Part shown: positions 29,424-39,168 of the stretch, piece after piece
How positions within the stretch are numbered: the stretch's first letter is position 1
Layout of the letters: the number at the start of each line of letters is the position of its first letter
DNA from: an uncultured Bacilli bacterium
GTDB taxonomy: Bacteria > Bacillota_I > Bacilli_A > RF39 > UBA660
Length of the DNA: 57,362 nucleotides
Direction of reading: 5' to 3'
NCBI GenBank assembly: GCA_947628895.1
Contig: CANRBS010000004.1
Coordinates: forward strand, 1 to 57,362
The notes under the pieces: generated by a model
Seen by the model: the letters and a program-made list of their open reading frames with translations, nothing else
Databases searched by the model: none
What the model was told of the DNA's origin: nothing
Program-made: the position numbers and the translations under genes

Positions 29424-30053
29424 TTACATTTCTTTTGCAGCTGCAGTTGTTAAATCTTCACCTGTGATTATAGGCTTTTCAAAGAAATCTTCTTCAGTTA
29501 ATGTTTCGGGGAAATTTGACATTTCACTATCAACATAATTTCTATAATCACCTTCTGCATTAAAAGCATATGCTTTAAATTTTATTGTTTCATTTTGCTC
29601 ACTGAAACTATCTTCTTGTGTTGCAGTTTCATCAGAATTCTCAACTAATTTGCATTTTGGATACCATTCATATCTTTTAAAATCACCTTTTTTAACAATT
29701 GGAAAACCAATTGCAACAAATGGTCTTGTTGTTGGCCTTCCTGTACTCATTAAACCTGAATTATCTTTATTATCAGATTTCATAATTGCTAAATCAGTTG
29801 GATCTATTGCAACAACTTCAAATTCTAATTCAGGACCTGATGATTGACTAATGGTATCATAATCAGTTCCACTTGCTTTTATAGAAACAGATTCTTCATT
29901 AGGAGTAATATTTACATTTTTTATAACGGGAGAATTAACTGTTGCCTCATATTTTTCTGGGTCAAATTCATTACCTTCAGTTGGTTTATTTATAGCATAA
30001 TATAACCCCCCTACTGTCAATTTAATTGCTGGTTTTTTTTGTGTTATTGTCAT
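29424..30053 (-). CDS. Major tail protein (phi13-like)
   Basis: GLYYA, RPFVAIGF, Y.WYPKCK, E...Q.ET motifs. Confidence 0.85.
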   Translation of the reverse strand: MTITQKKPAIKLTVGGLYYAINKPTEGNEFDPEKYEATVNSPVIKNVNITPNEESVSIKASGTDYDTISQSSGPELEFEVVAIDPTDLAIMKSDNKDNSGLMSTGRPTTRPFVAIGFPIVKKGDFKRYEWYPKCKLVENSDETATQEDSFSEQNETIKFKAYAFNAEGDYRNYVDSEMSNFPETLTEEDFFEKPIITGEDLTTAAAKEM

Positions 30054-30068
30054 TTTTTTCTTCCTTTC

Positions 30069-30425
30069 TTAATATATTTTTTCTATCATTTTTTGATAAT
30101 ATTTTTCTTTATTTCTTTCGAAAGTAGGTTTTAAGTGTGGATTGGATTTTTTTCCTTTTGTTCCATTTTCAACCATTCTTCCATAGTATTTACCCCAACC
30201 AACCTCTACATCATTGTGCTTTCCATAATCACAATAAAATGTATCAATCAAATGTGTATATCCACTTTTTTTAATTTTTGAAATTGGTTTAGGTAATTTT
30301 AATAAATCATTAACAAATTCTTTTGCACCCACCATTAAAATTTCGTTAGGTTTTTCAACATTTGTAATAATTTCTTCTAATTCATTACATAAATCATTGA
30401 AAGATTCATATTCATATCTCTTCAT
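30069..30425 (-). CDS. HK97 gp10-like tail component
   Basis: VGW...YGRMVE.GT.....PHL.P.FE. Confidence 0.75.
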   Translation of the reverse strand: MKRYEYESFNDLCNELEEIITNVEKPNEILMVGAKEFVNDLLKLPKPISKIKKSGYTHLIDTFYCDYGKHNDVEVGWGKYYGRMVENGTKGKKSNPHLKPTFERNKEKYYQKMIEKIY

Positions 30426-30754
30426 TAAAGATTCTCTAATAAATCAATTGAAAAATATGAATGAAAGTAATTTGATTCTTGAATATATTCGTGATAAATA
30501 GTTGGAAATATTTTATTTTCATTTAATATTTTTTTTAATTCTAATAATTTTTTATCTCTTGAATTACGAGAAAAAAATGAAGTTTGATAAGTAACTTGAG
30601 TATTATATACTTCATTGCTTGCTGTTTGTGGTGTCCAAGCAATATCCCAAAATACGATTCTCGGATAATTATTTTGGTTTTTATCATTTTGTATACCTTC
30701 ATTTACTGTAATATTTAATTTTTTTAATAAATTAACATAATCATCTTTTGTCAT
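30425..30754 (-). CDS. Putative tail terminator/completion protein
   Basis: Synteny; YP.IVF, YQ.SFFS motifs. Confidence 0.55.
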   Translation of the reverse strand: MTKDDYVNLLKKLNITVNEGIQNDKNQNNYPRIVFWDIAWTPQTASNEVYNTQVTYQTSFFSRNSRDKKLLELKKILNENKIFPTIYHEYIQESNYFHSYFSIDLLENL

Positions 30755-31134
30755 TCTTTTTCTTCAAATATCAATTCGTTTTTATATTCAGTAAGTGTAA
30801 TATCACTTTCTTTATAACCTTCCGAGTTAGTGAAATGATAAATATTATAAACACTATAATATTTATCATTTATTTTTAAAACATTTAAAGAATTTAAATT
30901 TTTATTTTGTCTAACTCTAATTTTACACAAATCATATATTTGCCTTTCTTCAGCTTCAAATTTTAATTTATCTGATACAGATATTTCATTATAATATAAA
31001 TAATTATTAGTATTTTTTAATTTATCAATTGGTTTTAAATCGTTATCATTTTGTATTATTTCATAAACATAAGCTTTACCATCCAAATAATTAGGAATCT
31101 CTGTTATATTTGATTTGTAATTCAACATAATCAC
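30751..31134 (-). CDS. Putative head-tail adaptor (head closure)
   Basis: Synteny after the connector; IN.KYY.VYNI. Confidence 0.55.
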   Translation of the reverse strand: MIMLNYKSNITEIPNYLDGKAYVYEIIQNDNDLKPIDKLKNTNNYLYYNEISVSDKLKFEAEERQIYDLCKIRVRQNKNLNSLNVLKINDKYYSVYNIYHFTNSEGYKESDITLTEYKNELIFEEKE

Positions 31135-31369
31135 CTATATATAGTTGCTTAAATTCATAAAGTCTTTTGTATATTGCATACAAAACATAATTTTCAAGTA
31201 ATGCTTGTGCTTTTAAATCATCCAAATAATTAATTTCGACACCAACTGAATTATTAATGTCATAAATTCCATTTCTTACATATTTATCTAAATCTTCTTT
31301 TGAATAAGAATCAAATTTAAAATTATTAAAAAATATTTCACATAATTTTTTAATATTTTCATCGTTCAT
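31091..31369 (-). CDS. Putative head-tail connector (gp6-like)
   Basis: Synteny; LLENYVLYA....L..F...Y...LQ. Confidence 0.65.
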   Translation of the reverse strand: MNDENIKKLCEIFFNNFKFDSYSKEDLDKYVRNGIYDINNSVGVEINYLDDLKAQALLENYVLYAIYKRLYEFKQLYIGDYVELQIKYNRDS

Positions 31370-31837
31370 TTATTTTTTACCTTTTTTATTAGTTCTTTTT
31401 AAATTATTTGAATCTTCAATTTCATTATTTTCTGAATCTTCTAGTTCATTTGATTCTTCATCTTCAGTATTTCCTGAATCTGAATTTTCTAGATCTTTTA
31501 ATTCTTCATCTTCAGTATTTCCTGAATCTAAATCTTCTGGATCTTTTGTTTCTTCATCTTCAGTATTTTCTGAATCTGAATTTTCTGGATCTTTTAATTC
31601 TTCATCTTCTGTACTTTCTGAATCTAAATCTTCTGGATCTTTTGTTTCTTCATCTTCAATATTTTCTGAATCTAAATCTGAATCATTAATATCAATTAAA
31701 ACTGGTTGACCTAATGAATTGTCCTTTGAAAGAAGAAATTCTAATCTTTCATTAGAAATTTCTTCTTCATATAAATCACCAGGTTTGTATATTTTTTTAG
31801 AATCTTTATCTCTAAATAATTTAATTACTTTAAGCAT
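31370..31837 (-). CDS. Capsid-adjacent protein with acidic tandem repeats
   Basis: KVIK.FRDK....IYKPGD.Y N-terminus followed by D/E-rich repeats. Confidence 0.7.
   Translation of the reverse strand: MLKVIKLFRDKDSKKIYKPGDLYEEEISNERLEFLLSKDNSLGQPVLIDINDSDLDSENIEDEETKDPEDLDSESTEDEELKDPENSDSENTEDEETKDPEDLDSGNTEDEELKDLENSDSGNTEDEESNELEDSENNEIEDSNNLKRTNKKGKK
31439..31678 (-). repeat. Five imperfect 48-bp (16-aa) tandem repeats
   Basis: DLDSENIEDEETKDPE / DLDSESTEDEELKDPE / NSDSENTEDEETKDPE / DLDSGNTEDEELKDLE / NSDSGNTEDEESNELE. Confidence 0.85.
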
Positions 31838-31854
31838 TTTTTATTCCTCCCATT

Positions 31855-33021
31855 TTATATAACTGGTGCACTTGCTTCACTAATATTAACAACTTTAACA
31901 GATGGAACATATTCTTCTAATTTTGTTACATCAAAAACATAAGCAGTATTATCATCAACAGCTCTTCCATTACCGTAAACTTTTGCAATAATAACATCTG
32001 CATCATCCATTGCTAAAGTTTGATCATATTCTTTAATATTTAATCCACTAAATCCCATAGTATATTTTTTAGGTAAAAGTAAAGCTGCTTTTCCTTTTGG
32101 ATTTTCTGAATGTGTATAAACTGTCAAATTTTTAAATGAACTAATTAATCTTCCTTCTGCATCGTATAATGCTGGAGCTACATAATCAGCTTCATCACTT
32201 GGATTACAAACTAATATTAATCTATCAATAGATCTTTTTCCATCGTTAGTTAAATATTTTTTTGCAGCTGCTAAACCTTTTGGACTAAAGTTTGTTAACT
32301 CAGTAGCAACATCTTTATCTTTATTTTCTCCATCTTCTGATTTATCTATTTTTTTATAAATTCCAATTGGAGCATTTTTACCATTACCAACTAAAACTCC
32401 ATTTACAATTCCATCTTCCATAACTTCTTTTAATACAGCTCTAAAATATTTATCAACATAAGGTAATTCTAAATCCCTAATTGATTTTGGAATTATAAGA
32501 AATGTTGATAATTTTCCTAATTCTACATTTAATCCTTTTAATGTAAGTTTTAAATCATTTTCATTAATAAATTTAGAAGTTAATTCACCCCAAATAAATG
32601 TTCCATTTTTAGATGCTGTAATCCATCTAGCAACATTTGCTGGAGCAAATTCTACAATGTCATTTATTATTGAATTTGATTCTTTAATATCTTCCATTGT
32701 AACATCAATTATTGTGGTTGGTATTGCGTCAATTTGATTAGTTGTAATTGCTTGTTTAATATCTTTAAATTTTTCATAAAAACTTTTTTCTTCTTTTGAT
32801 AAAGTTCTTAATTTTAATTTTTTAGCAAACTCAGAATCAATTTCTGCTCTTTCTGCTTCCTCTCTTAATTCATCAATTATTTTTGAATATTTTAGTTCAA
32901 CTATTTCATTAATAGTTTCAACAATTGCAGAAGACTTATCTTCTGCTTTTTGTAATTTTTCAATTACATCATTATAATTTGTTTTTTCTTCTTCCAATTT
33001 CATATTGGTCCTTCCTTTCAT
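31855..33021 (-). CDS. Major capsid protein (HK97 fold)
   Basis: After the Clp protease; N-terminal coiled scaffold, IPTTII..., V.G.GK..PIGI, YG.G.A.DD. Confidence 0.85.
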   Translation of the reverse strand: MKGRTNMKLEEEKTNYNDVIEKLQKAEDKSSAIVETINEIVELKYSKIIDELREEAERAEIDSEFAKKLKLRTLSKEEKSFYEKFKDIKQAITTNQIDAIPTTIIDVTMEDIKESNSIINDIVEFAPANVARWITASKNGTFIWGELTSKFINENDLKLTLKGLNVELGKLSTFLIIPKSIRDLELPYVDKYFRAVLKEVMEDGIVNGVLVGNGKNAPIGIYKKIDKSEDGENKDKDVATELTNFSPKGLAAAKKYLTNDGKRSIDRLILVCNPSDEADYVAPALYDAEGRLISSFKNLTVYTHSENPKGKAALLLPKKYTMGFSGLNIKEYDQTLAMDDADVIIAKVYGNGRAVDDNTAYVFDVTKLEEYVPSVKVVNISEASAPVI

Positions 33022-33746
33022 TAATTTTTTTTATTAAAAAAAGATGCCCAAGCATCATTTTTTAAACTATTATTTTGTGATATACTACTTTCTTGTATAA
33101 TTTTTTCAAGTTCTTTATTTTTAATAATTAATTTTCTTATTGATTGTATTTCAAATGATTGATTTATTTTGGTATCATTTTCAACTGATGTAGCAAACTT
33201 CATTTCTAATGCTTCTTTAGAAGTTATCCAAGTTTCATTATCCATCATTTCTTTTATTTTATTTTCAGGTAGCCCTGTAACAGAACAATATATATTTACA
33301 CTTGGTTGCGTAATTTTTTCTAGATCATCAGCTGCTTTTCTTAATGCATTAAAATCACCTTCTGCATTAGACCAAGCATTATGAATCATAAGTAATGATG
33401 ATTCTGGAACTATTCTTTCATTGCCTGCCATAAAAATTACACTTGCAGCAGAGCATGCAAAACCATCAACTATTGTTTTTAGATTACCTTTATAACTTTT
33501 TAATAAATTATAAATTGCTAATCCTTCACTAACCACACCACCATATGAATTAATTCTAACCGTTAAATTAGGTGTATCTATTTGATCTAATATTTCAGAC
33601 AATTCTAATGCTGAAATTCTTCCTTCATCAGTATCTTCTCCCAAAAACACTTCAAAAAGATTCTTTTTTCTAATTTCACCATAAATCAATAATTCAGAAT
33701 TATTTTCATCAATTTTTTTAAATTGCATTATTCTTTCTGGATTCAT
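33021..33746 (-). CDS. ClpP-like prohead protease
   Basis: VRINSYGG.V, DGFACSAASVI, MIHNAW, ETWIT..EA. Confidence 0.9.
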   Translation of the reverse strand: MNPERIMQFKKIDENNSELLIYGEIRKKNLFEVFLGEDTDEGRISALELSEILDQIDTPNLTVRINSYGGVVSEGLAIYNLLKSYKGNLKTIVDGFACSAASVIFMAGNERIVPESSLLMIHNAWSNAEGDFNALRKAADDLEKITQPSVNIYCSVTGLPENKIKEMMDNETWITSKEALEMKFATSVENDTKINQSFEIQSIRKLIIKNKELEKIIQESSISQNNSLKNDAWASFFNKKN

Positions 33747-34903
33747 TGTTCACCTCCTTCCATCTCTACATCACTATAATTCTTTGTTACATAATGTTTA
33801 TTTGCCCAATCATCAAGTAGAGTAGGGATATCTAAAAATTCTCTTAAATCATTATGTGAAAATCCATCACTAAATAATTTATCTAATCCACTTGCACAAT
33901 CAAAAATATCAAAATGTTTTATATTTAATTTATTTATTACGATTTTTGTACCATTTAAATATTTATCTTTTTCAATCAATTTAGAATTCATTCCATCTTC
34001 TAAAATTGAAATAATTGGATTAATTGCAAATGTAATAAAATCATTTGTTGATGTGGATTTATCTGTTTTATTTCCATAAAAAATATCAAGTGGGATATTA
34101 AATGCATTTGCAACTTCATCAGACCATTTTTTCAAAAGTTCTCTATAATCATTAGAAGTGGTAGAATCTTGATTACCTAATTGATCTAATTTAAAAAATT
34201 CTGATAACATTATAATTGTATTTTCATCATTAAATAATCCAGAAGTAATTTTGCTTTTATAATCTTCATAACTTATAGAATTTCCTGTTTTAGGATCTTT
34301 TAAAGCAGGTTGATTACTAGGAATAGTTAATCTCCATTTTATTGAATTTTTTTGCTTATAAAAGTTATTAGATATTTCTAATAACTCACCATATTCTTTA
34401 TAAAAATCATCTAAACATTGTTTTATTTTTTTATTTCCTAATCTTAAATGTAATACTTTACTACTTTTAAATGATTTTATTAATGAATATTCATAACTTG
34501 TATCATCTGGATCACTTAAAGTAATATTAGAGTATATTTTTTCATTAATTATATCATTTGAAACATCAAAATCACTTGCTAAAAATAATTGTGAACCTAA
34601 ATTAATTATTAATGATCCTTCTTCTTTTTCTAATAAATTTGAAATTACATTATAAAAAAATGAAGTTGCATCTTCATTTTTATTTGGTTTAATATTTAAT
34701 ATATAATATAATTCACCTTTTTCAGATTTTCCATTTTTATAAGTTTTTATTTCACATTTTGAAATAGTCCTTGAAATTAAATCAATTGCATGAGTTATAG
34801 CCATTGATTTAATTTTTAATTGTTTTTCTTTTTGTTCAAAAATATAATCTAAATAATCAATTAATTCACCTTTTTTATTTTGAGTTAAAAATTTAAATGC
34901 CAT
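33743..34903 (-). CDS. Portal protein
   Basis: AIDLIS.TISKCE, LN.KPNKN, VA.AFNIP, S.NDLRE. Confidence 0.85.
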   Translation of the reverse strand: MAFKFLTQNKKGELIDYLDYIFEQKEKQLKIKSMAITHAIDLISRTISKCEIKTYKNGKSEKGELYYILNIKPNKNEDATSFFYNVISNLLEKEEGSLIINLGSQLFLASDFDVSNDIINEKIYSNITLSDPDDTSYEYSLIKSFKSSKVLHLRLGNKKIKQCLDDFYKEYGELLEISNNFYKQKNSIKWRLTIPSNQPALKDPKTGNSISYEDYKSKITSGLFNDENTIIMLSEFFKLDQLGNQDSTTSNDYRELLKKWSDEVANAFNIPLDIFYGNKTDKSTSTNDFITFAINPIISILEDGMNSKLIEKDKYLNGTKIVINKLNIKHFDIFDCASGLDKLFSDGFSHNDLREFLDIPTLLDDWANKHYVTKNYSDVEMEGGEQ

Positions 34904-34914
34904 TTTTTCCTCCT

Positions 34915-36594
34915 TTAAATATATACATATATTTCTTCTTCATCAAGTAAATCTTCTCCACTTACAGCACAAACAAATGCCATAAATGGATCGTTTTTTC
35001 TAAGCTTTGGTTCAATTTTTTCATAAACTTTATTTCCATCTTTCTTGGTCTTCACACATGTATTATTAATAGACCATCTCATCAATGCACTGTCTCCAAT
35101 ATTCAATAAACCATCTGAAAAATACATTTCTATTTTTGGTGCATAGATTGATGCAATTGATGCAGGATATCTTATCATTCTAATTAATCCATTTGGATTT
35201 TGTTTACTTTCAATTGATATATTGGCTTCCATAAATGCTTTTTTTAACAATTGAAATCTGTAATTATCCAAAATAATTTTTTTAACATTAAAAATTTCCA
35301 TAACTGATTTAACCCAATTAACAATTAAATCTTCTGAAATACTATTTGCATCTACTATCTCAAAATCTTCAAATCCTGGTGTACCTATTTTATCAAAAGG
35401 AAATTTAATATATTTAAAATCTTTTCCATTTTTACATATCCAAGTTTTCTGTCTCCATATAATTTCATTCCCATTTTTTATTACAAAACCTGCTGATGCA
35501 AAATCATTTAAAGATGCATAATCTATTCCAATTATTGCTAGTTTTCCATTAATTTTTTCTGGTAATTTTCTAGGAATTTTTTCTTTAATGTCAGAATATG
35601 AAGCTCTTAAAATATTTTTCCAACTTGTTACAACTTCTGCTTCATCTCTTGATGGAATATTCATTCTTTTTACCAAAAATTCTGCTTTTTTTGATGGAAA
35701 TTTTTTCTGTTCATAGTAATCCATTGTTATTGCTTCTAGTAAATCAGGTAAATATTTAATGCTAGGATTTGCTTTTTCCCATAAATCAGGATTATCTATT
35801 TCATCTATTGAATCCATCCTACAAATGAAAGGAAAATATTTTAATACATTTTCTTTTCCATCTAAAATATCTTTACAAATTTCTTCTGTTTCATCAAGTG
35901 GTCCTTCTCTAACATAACCATTTGTTGTAATAATAAACATACGAGAATGTTTTGTTTTTCCAAGTCCACTCTGAAATACATTTATGTTTTTATAATTTTG
36001 ATATGCATGGTATTCATTAAATACTATTAATCCCGATTTTTTTCCATCCTTTGTACTTGCATTTGCCGTGTAGTACTTAATTCTGGATCTAGTTCTTCTG
36101 TTATAGCATTCTTCTTTATTCCAATAAAAATGTTTAAACATAGTACCTTTATTTGATTCTTTCATCTCATAAATAATTTTATAAGTATCTTCTGCCTGTT
36201 CTTCACTATTTGCTACAATATCTATATTATAATTATTTATGCCATAGTATTGTGAACTTAAAAAATCAACTAATGGTGCTATGAATCCATCTTTTCCATT
36301 TCCTCTTCCCATTTCAATAAAAAATGTCCTAAAAATAGGAACATCATCTTTATACATAAATATAAATGCTGAAATAAATTTTTGATATGGAAATAAGGGA
36401 TAATACCATCTTTCAGAATAATTTAAGAATCTATAATAAGTTATTGAATCAAAATATATATCTGTTCTTTTTAATGTAGGTTTTATAATATTTTCAATCA
36501 ACAATTTTCTTTCAACATTAAATAATTCAGGATTATTATTATAATATTCTAAATAATCATCAATTTCCTTAGCATAAATCAACATCTGGTTCAC
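34915..36594 (-). CDS. Terminase large subunit
   Basis: EMGRGNGK Walker A, IVFNEYH, ITTNG..REG, WEKANP, GID, K.D...A. Confidence 0.92.
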   Translation of the reverse strand: MNQMLIYAKEIDDYLEYYNNNPELFNVERKLLIENIIKPTLKRTDIYFDSITYYRFLNYSERWYYPLFPYQKFISAFIFMYKDDVPIFRTFFIEMGRGNGKDGFIAPLVDFLSSQYYGINNYNIDIVANSEEQAEDTYKIIYEMKESNKGTMFKHFYWNKEECYNRRTRSRIKYYTANASTKDGKKSGLIVFNEYHAYQNYKNINVFQSGLGKTKHSRMFIITTNGYVREGPLDETEEICKDILDGKENVLKYFPFICRMDSIDEIDNPDLWEKANPSIKYLPDLLEAITMDYYEQKKFPSKKAEFLVKRMNIPSRDEAEVVTSWKNILRASYSDIKEKIPRKLPEKINGKLAIIGIDYASLNDFASAGFVIKNGNEIIWRQKTWICKNGKDFKYIKFPFDKIGTPGFEDFEIVDANSISEDLIVNWVKSVMEIFNVKKIILDNYRFQLLKKAFMEANISIESKQNPNGLIRMIRYPASIASIYAPKIEMYFSDGLLNIGDSALMRWSINNTCVKTKKDGNKVYEKIEPKLRKNDPFMAFVCAVSGEDLLDEEEIYVYI

Positions 36595-36907
36595 CTGTTG
36601 GATTAATTGTTGGTGACTTTAAATCAAGATCACTTAAAATTTTAAGCATTTGAGAATTTACTTTAGTTAAATTTATTATGCTTTCATTTGGTTTTTCAGA
36701 TTCAATACCATTTCCATTAATTACTTTATATCTTAAGCCCCTTTTATTTATATCTGTTTTTAATTTATTTTTTAATCTGTAAAAAGCAATATAATCTTCA
36801 ACCATATCATAATAGTGCTGTCCATATTTCATTTGAGATTCAAGTTGATCATATAAATCCTTTCTAATTTCTGAAATTGATATTTTTTTTTTATCCATAT
36901 TTACCAC
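36569..36907 (-). CDS. Terminase small subunit (P27-like)
   Basis: I.K.G.......NG....K.NES...L.K...QMLKIL.DL.L; directly upstream of the large subunit. Confidence 0.8.
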   Translation of the reverse strand: MVNMDKKKISISEIRKDLYDQLESQMKYGQHYYDMVEDYIAFYRLKNKLKTDINKRGLRYKVINGNGIESEKPNESIINLTKVNSQMLKILSDLDLKSPTINPTGEPDVDLC

Positions 36908-36939
36908 CCTTTATCATTTTTTTTTCACCTTTTCTTTCT

Positions 36940-37045
36940 TTTTAACCCTTTTTCACGCGTGCACGCGAGATTTTTGAAAAGTAATGAACACACGCCCGCT
37001 CTCTTTAATAAAAAAAACCACTTTAGAATTTAGTGGGGGGTATTA
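36940..37045. other. Probable cos region
   Basis: GC-rich non-coding island upstream of terS with palindrome CGCGTGCACGCG (36956-36967) and a G6 run. Confidence 0.45.
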
Positions 37046-37048
37046 CTT

Positions 37049-37501
37049 TTAATTTATTGATAAAGTAAACAATAATAATCCATTATTAGTGCTAATTTTT
37101 AATAAATAATTATTATAATTTATTTCTTTTCCAGCAATAAATTTTTCATTAAATAATCCTAATTCAGATAACAAATTATTAATTGTTTTATCATCAAAAT
37201 CACTTAAAATCATTATAGTATTTTTTATTATTTTTAATATATCAGTTGTATGACTAATTTGATTTGCTAAATTTATTTCTTTAGTTGAAATTGCTGATGC
37301 AATTATTTGAATACTCTTAACATATTTTTCCTTTTTATCAATATAAAATACTGCAAATATATCTTCTGTAAATTTTAAAATACCTGCCATTTCTTTTTCA
37401 GAATATTTTGTTAATAAATTTTTAATTCCAAAATTAGTATACGATAATTGCAAATTATTTATATTCATATTACCACCTCTCATCACTATTAAAAGTTTCA
37501 A
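37049..37501 (-). CDS. Hypothetical protein
   Basis: Open frame; probable start ATG at 37468 after GAGGTGG. Confidence 0.55.
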   Translation of the reverse strand: MKLLIVMRGGNMNINNLQLSYTNFGIKNLLTKYSEKEMAGILKFTEDIFAVFYIDKKEKYVKSIQIIASAISTKEINLANQISHTTDILKIIKNTIMILSDFDDKTINNLLSELGLFNEKFIAGKEINYNNYLLKISTNNGLLLFTLSIN

Positions 37502-37913
37502 TTATATTGTATTTTATATTATTGCTATTAATGTAATAATTGTTATATATTTTTTTGTTTTTAGCTATTAAATTATCAAGTTCTTTAAGTTCATTAGATC
37601 TATTTCTTTTGATAATATTTTTTATACATTGATTTTCTGTGGTGTTTATCCATATAAATTCTATGTTTCCTATTTTTTCTAATAATTCATATTCTTTACT
37701 ACCAATAAATGTTGTAACATACCAAATACTATAACCTTTTTTAGAAAAATATATTAATAAATCATCTTGTAATTCTTTAATCAATTTTGGATTATTAATT
37801 TTAAATGTTTCTTTCAAAATATCAAAATCTAATAATACATCATCACTTTTTTTATTCTCAATAGCATATGTAGTTTTACCACTTCCAATCATTCCACAGA
37901 TAACTTTAATCAT
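37470..37913 (-). CDS. Small P-loop NTPase/kinase-like protein
   Basis: N-terminal ICGMIGSGKTT and LDFD. Confidence 0.7.
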   Translation of the reverse strand: MIKVICGMIGSGKTTYAIENKKSDDVLLDFDILKETFKINNPKLIKELQDDLLIYFSKKGYSIWYVTTFIGSKEYELLEKIGNIEFIWINTTENQCIKNIIKRNRSNELKELDNLIAKNKKIYNNYYINSNNIKYNIIETFNSDERW

Positions 37914-38276
37914 TTACCACATCTCCCTGGTTAATAATTTTTTTTGTTTATTTTTGAACTTTTTTCTATCTGAAATAATTTCATGTGCTTCAAATGATAA
38001 TGCAACACCATTATTAACATCTAAACATAAATCAGGTCTTAATTTTATTGGTTCAATATGATGTGCTGTATTAGCTTTAACTAATTTTATTTTATTTGGC
38101 TTATGAATTCCATCATCCCATTTTCCTGCAAAAAATTGACATTCATAATGATCTCTTTCTAAAACTTGTTCTCTCCAAATATCATAATCAGTTGAATTAT
38201 AAAATTGATTTGTATGACCTAATGCAATCTCTTTTACCCAGTCATGACAAGTTCTTCTTTTTCTTCTTTTTTTCAT
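37914..38276 (-). CDS. HNH-like endonuclease (packaging-associated)
   Basis: W...REQVLERDHYECQ, AHHIEPIK.RPDL.L...N...L...H; typical position upstream of cos/terS. Confidence 0.8.
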   Translation of the reverse strand: MKKRRKRRTCHDWVKEIALGHTNQFYNSTDYDIWREQVLERDHYECQFFAGKWDDGIHKPNKIKLVKANTAHHIEPIKLRPDLCLDVNNGVALSFEAHEIISDRKKFKNKQKKLLTREMW

Positions 38277-38435
38277 AATATATTAAACCTTTTTTATTTC
38301 TAATTAATAGTATAGAAAATAATAATTCAATTATCTTTGTTATTTTCTACACTATCAATTAGATAGTGTGAATTGAGGAAAAATAATATATGATAACTAT
38401 TTTAAATTACCACGATAACATATTAACACATTTTA

Positions 38436-38590
38436 TCTCGCCAAATCCCGCCAAAATTATTTTTTTAAATTTCCCTAAATTTAGGGAAATTCTTAAATTT
38501 ATTAATTTTTTTATTTTTATTTTTTTATAAAATAAATACATTTTTCCTTTTATTTTCAGTGCAAAATTAGGTTGGCGGGATTTGGCGGGA
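38436..38590. repeat. 19-bp inverted repeats flanking a perfect 24-bp palindrome
   Basis: TCTCGCCAAATCCCGCCAA (38436-54) vs TTGGCGGGATTTGGCGGGA (38572-90); AATTTCCCTAAATTTAGGGAAATT (38468-91). Confidence 0.85.
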
Positions 38591-38592
38591 TT

Positions 38593-39045
38593 TTATTCTT
38601 TTAACCAAGAATTATCTTTATCAGTTCTACCTTTGTATTGATTGTATAATCTTTGAACACTTCTTTCAGATACAAATAATTTTTTTGAAATTTGTTTATC
38701 AGTAAGATGATAAAGTTCTTTTAATATAGCAACACATATTTCTCTATCAGTAAATTTTTGAACTTCAATTTGATTATAAATATATGTTTCTAAAATATTT
38801 TTTAATTGATATAACTGTAACAAATCTTCTTTTATTTTATCATTTGCTATAATAATATTTATCATTGAATCATCTATAATTGATGTTGAAACTAAAATTT
38901 CTTTTAATTGATTTGGTTTAACACCTAATTTAGTTGATAATAAATTCTCTTTATAAATAATATTATTATTAATTTGTTTTAATTTATTATAAGCATCTGT
39001 CAAATTTAAATATGATATCTTATTAAATAATTCAGTTATATTCAT
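38593..39045 (-). CDS. Putative late transcriptional activator with C-terminal HTH
   Basis: Last early gene before the packaging module; LTDKQISKKLFVSERSVQR HTH. Confidence 0.65.
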   Translation of the reverse strand: MNITELFNKISYLNLTDAYNKLKQINNNIIYKENLLSTKLGVKPNQLKEILVSTSIIDDSMINIIIANDKIKEDLLQLYQLKNILETYIYNQIEVQKFTDREICVAILKELYHLTDKQISKKLFVSERSVQRLYNQYKGRTDKDNSWLKE

Positions 39046-39063
39046 TTTTCCTCCTTTTTACTT

Positions 39064-39159
39064 TTATTTTTTATCTTGTTTTGATGCAATATAACATATA
39101 ACAATAAGTGTTAAACATATAATTGAAATAATTGCTATTAAAAAATTATAAAAATTCAT
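39064..39159 (-). CDS. 31-aa single-TM peptide, absent from the ORF track
   Basis: AGGAGG RBS; MNFYNFLIAIISIICLTLIVICYIASKQDKK. Confidence 0.55.
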   Translation of the reverse strand: MNFYNFLIAIISIICLTLIVICYIASKQDKK

Positions 39160-39168
39160 TTTTTCCTC

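Noticed and set aside
31408-31689. Plus-strand ORF over the acidic repeats; CRISPR-like periodicity
   Set aside because: It is an antisense shadow of the 48-bp coding repeat; there are no unique spacers and no cas genes.
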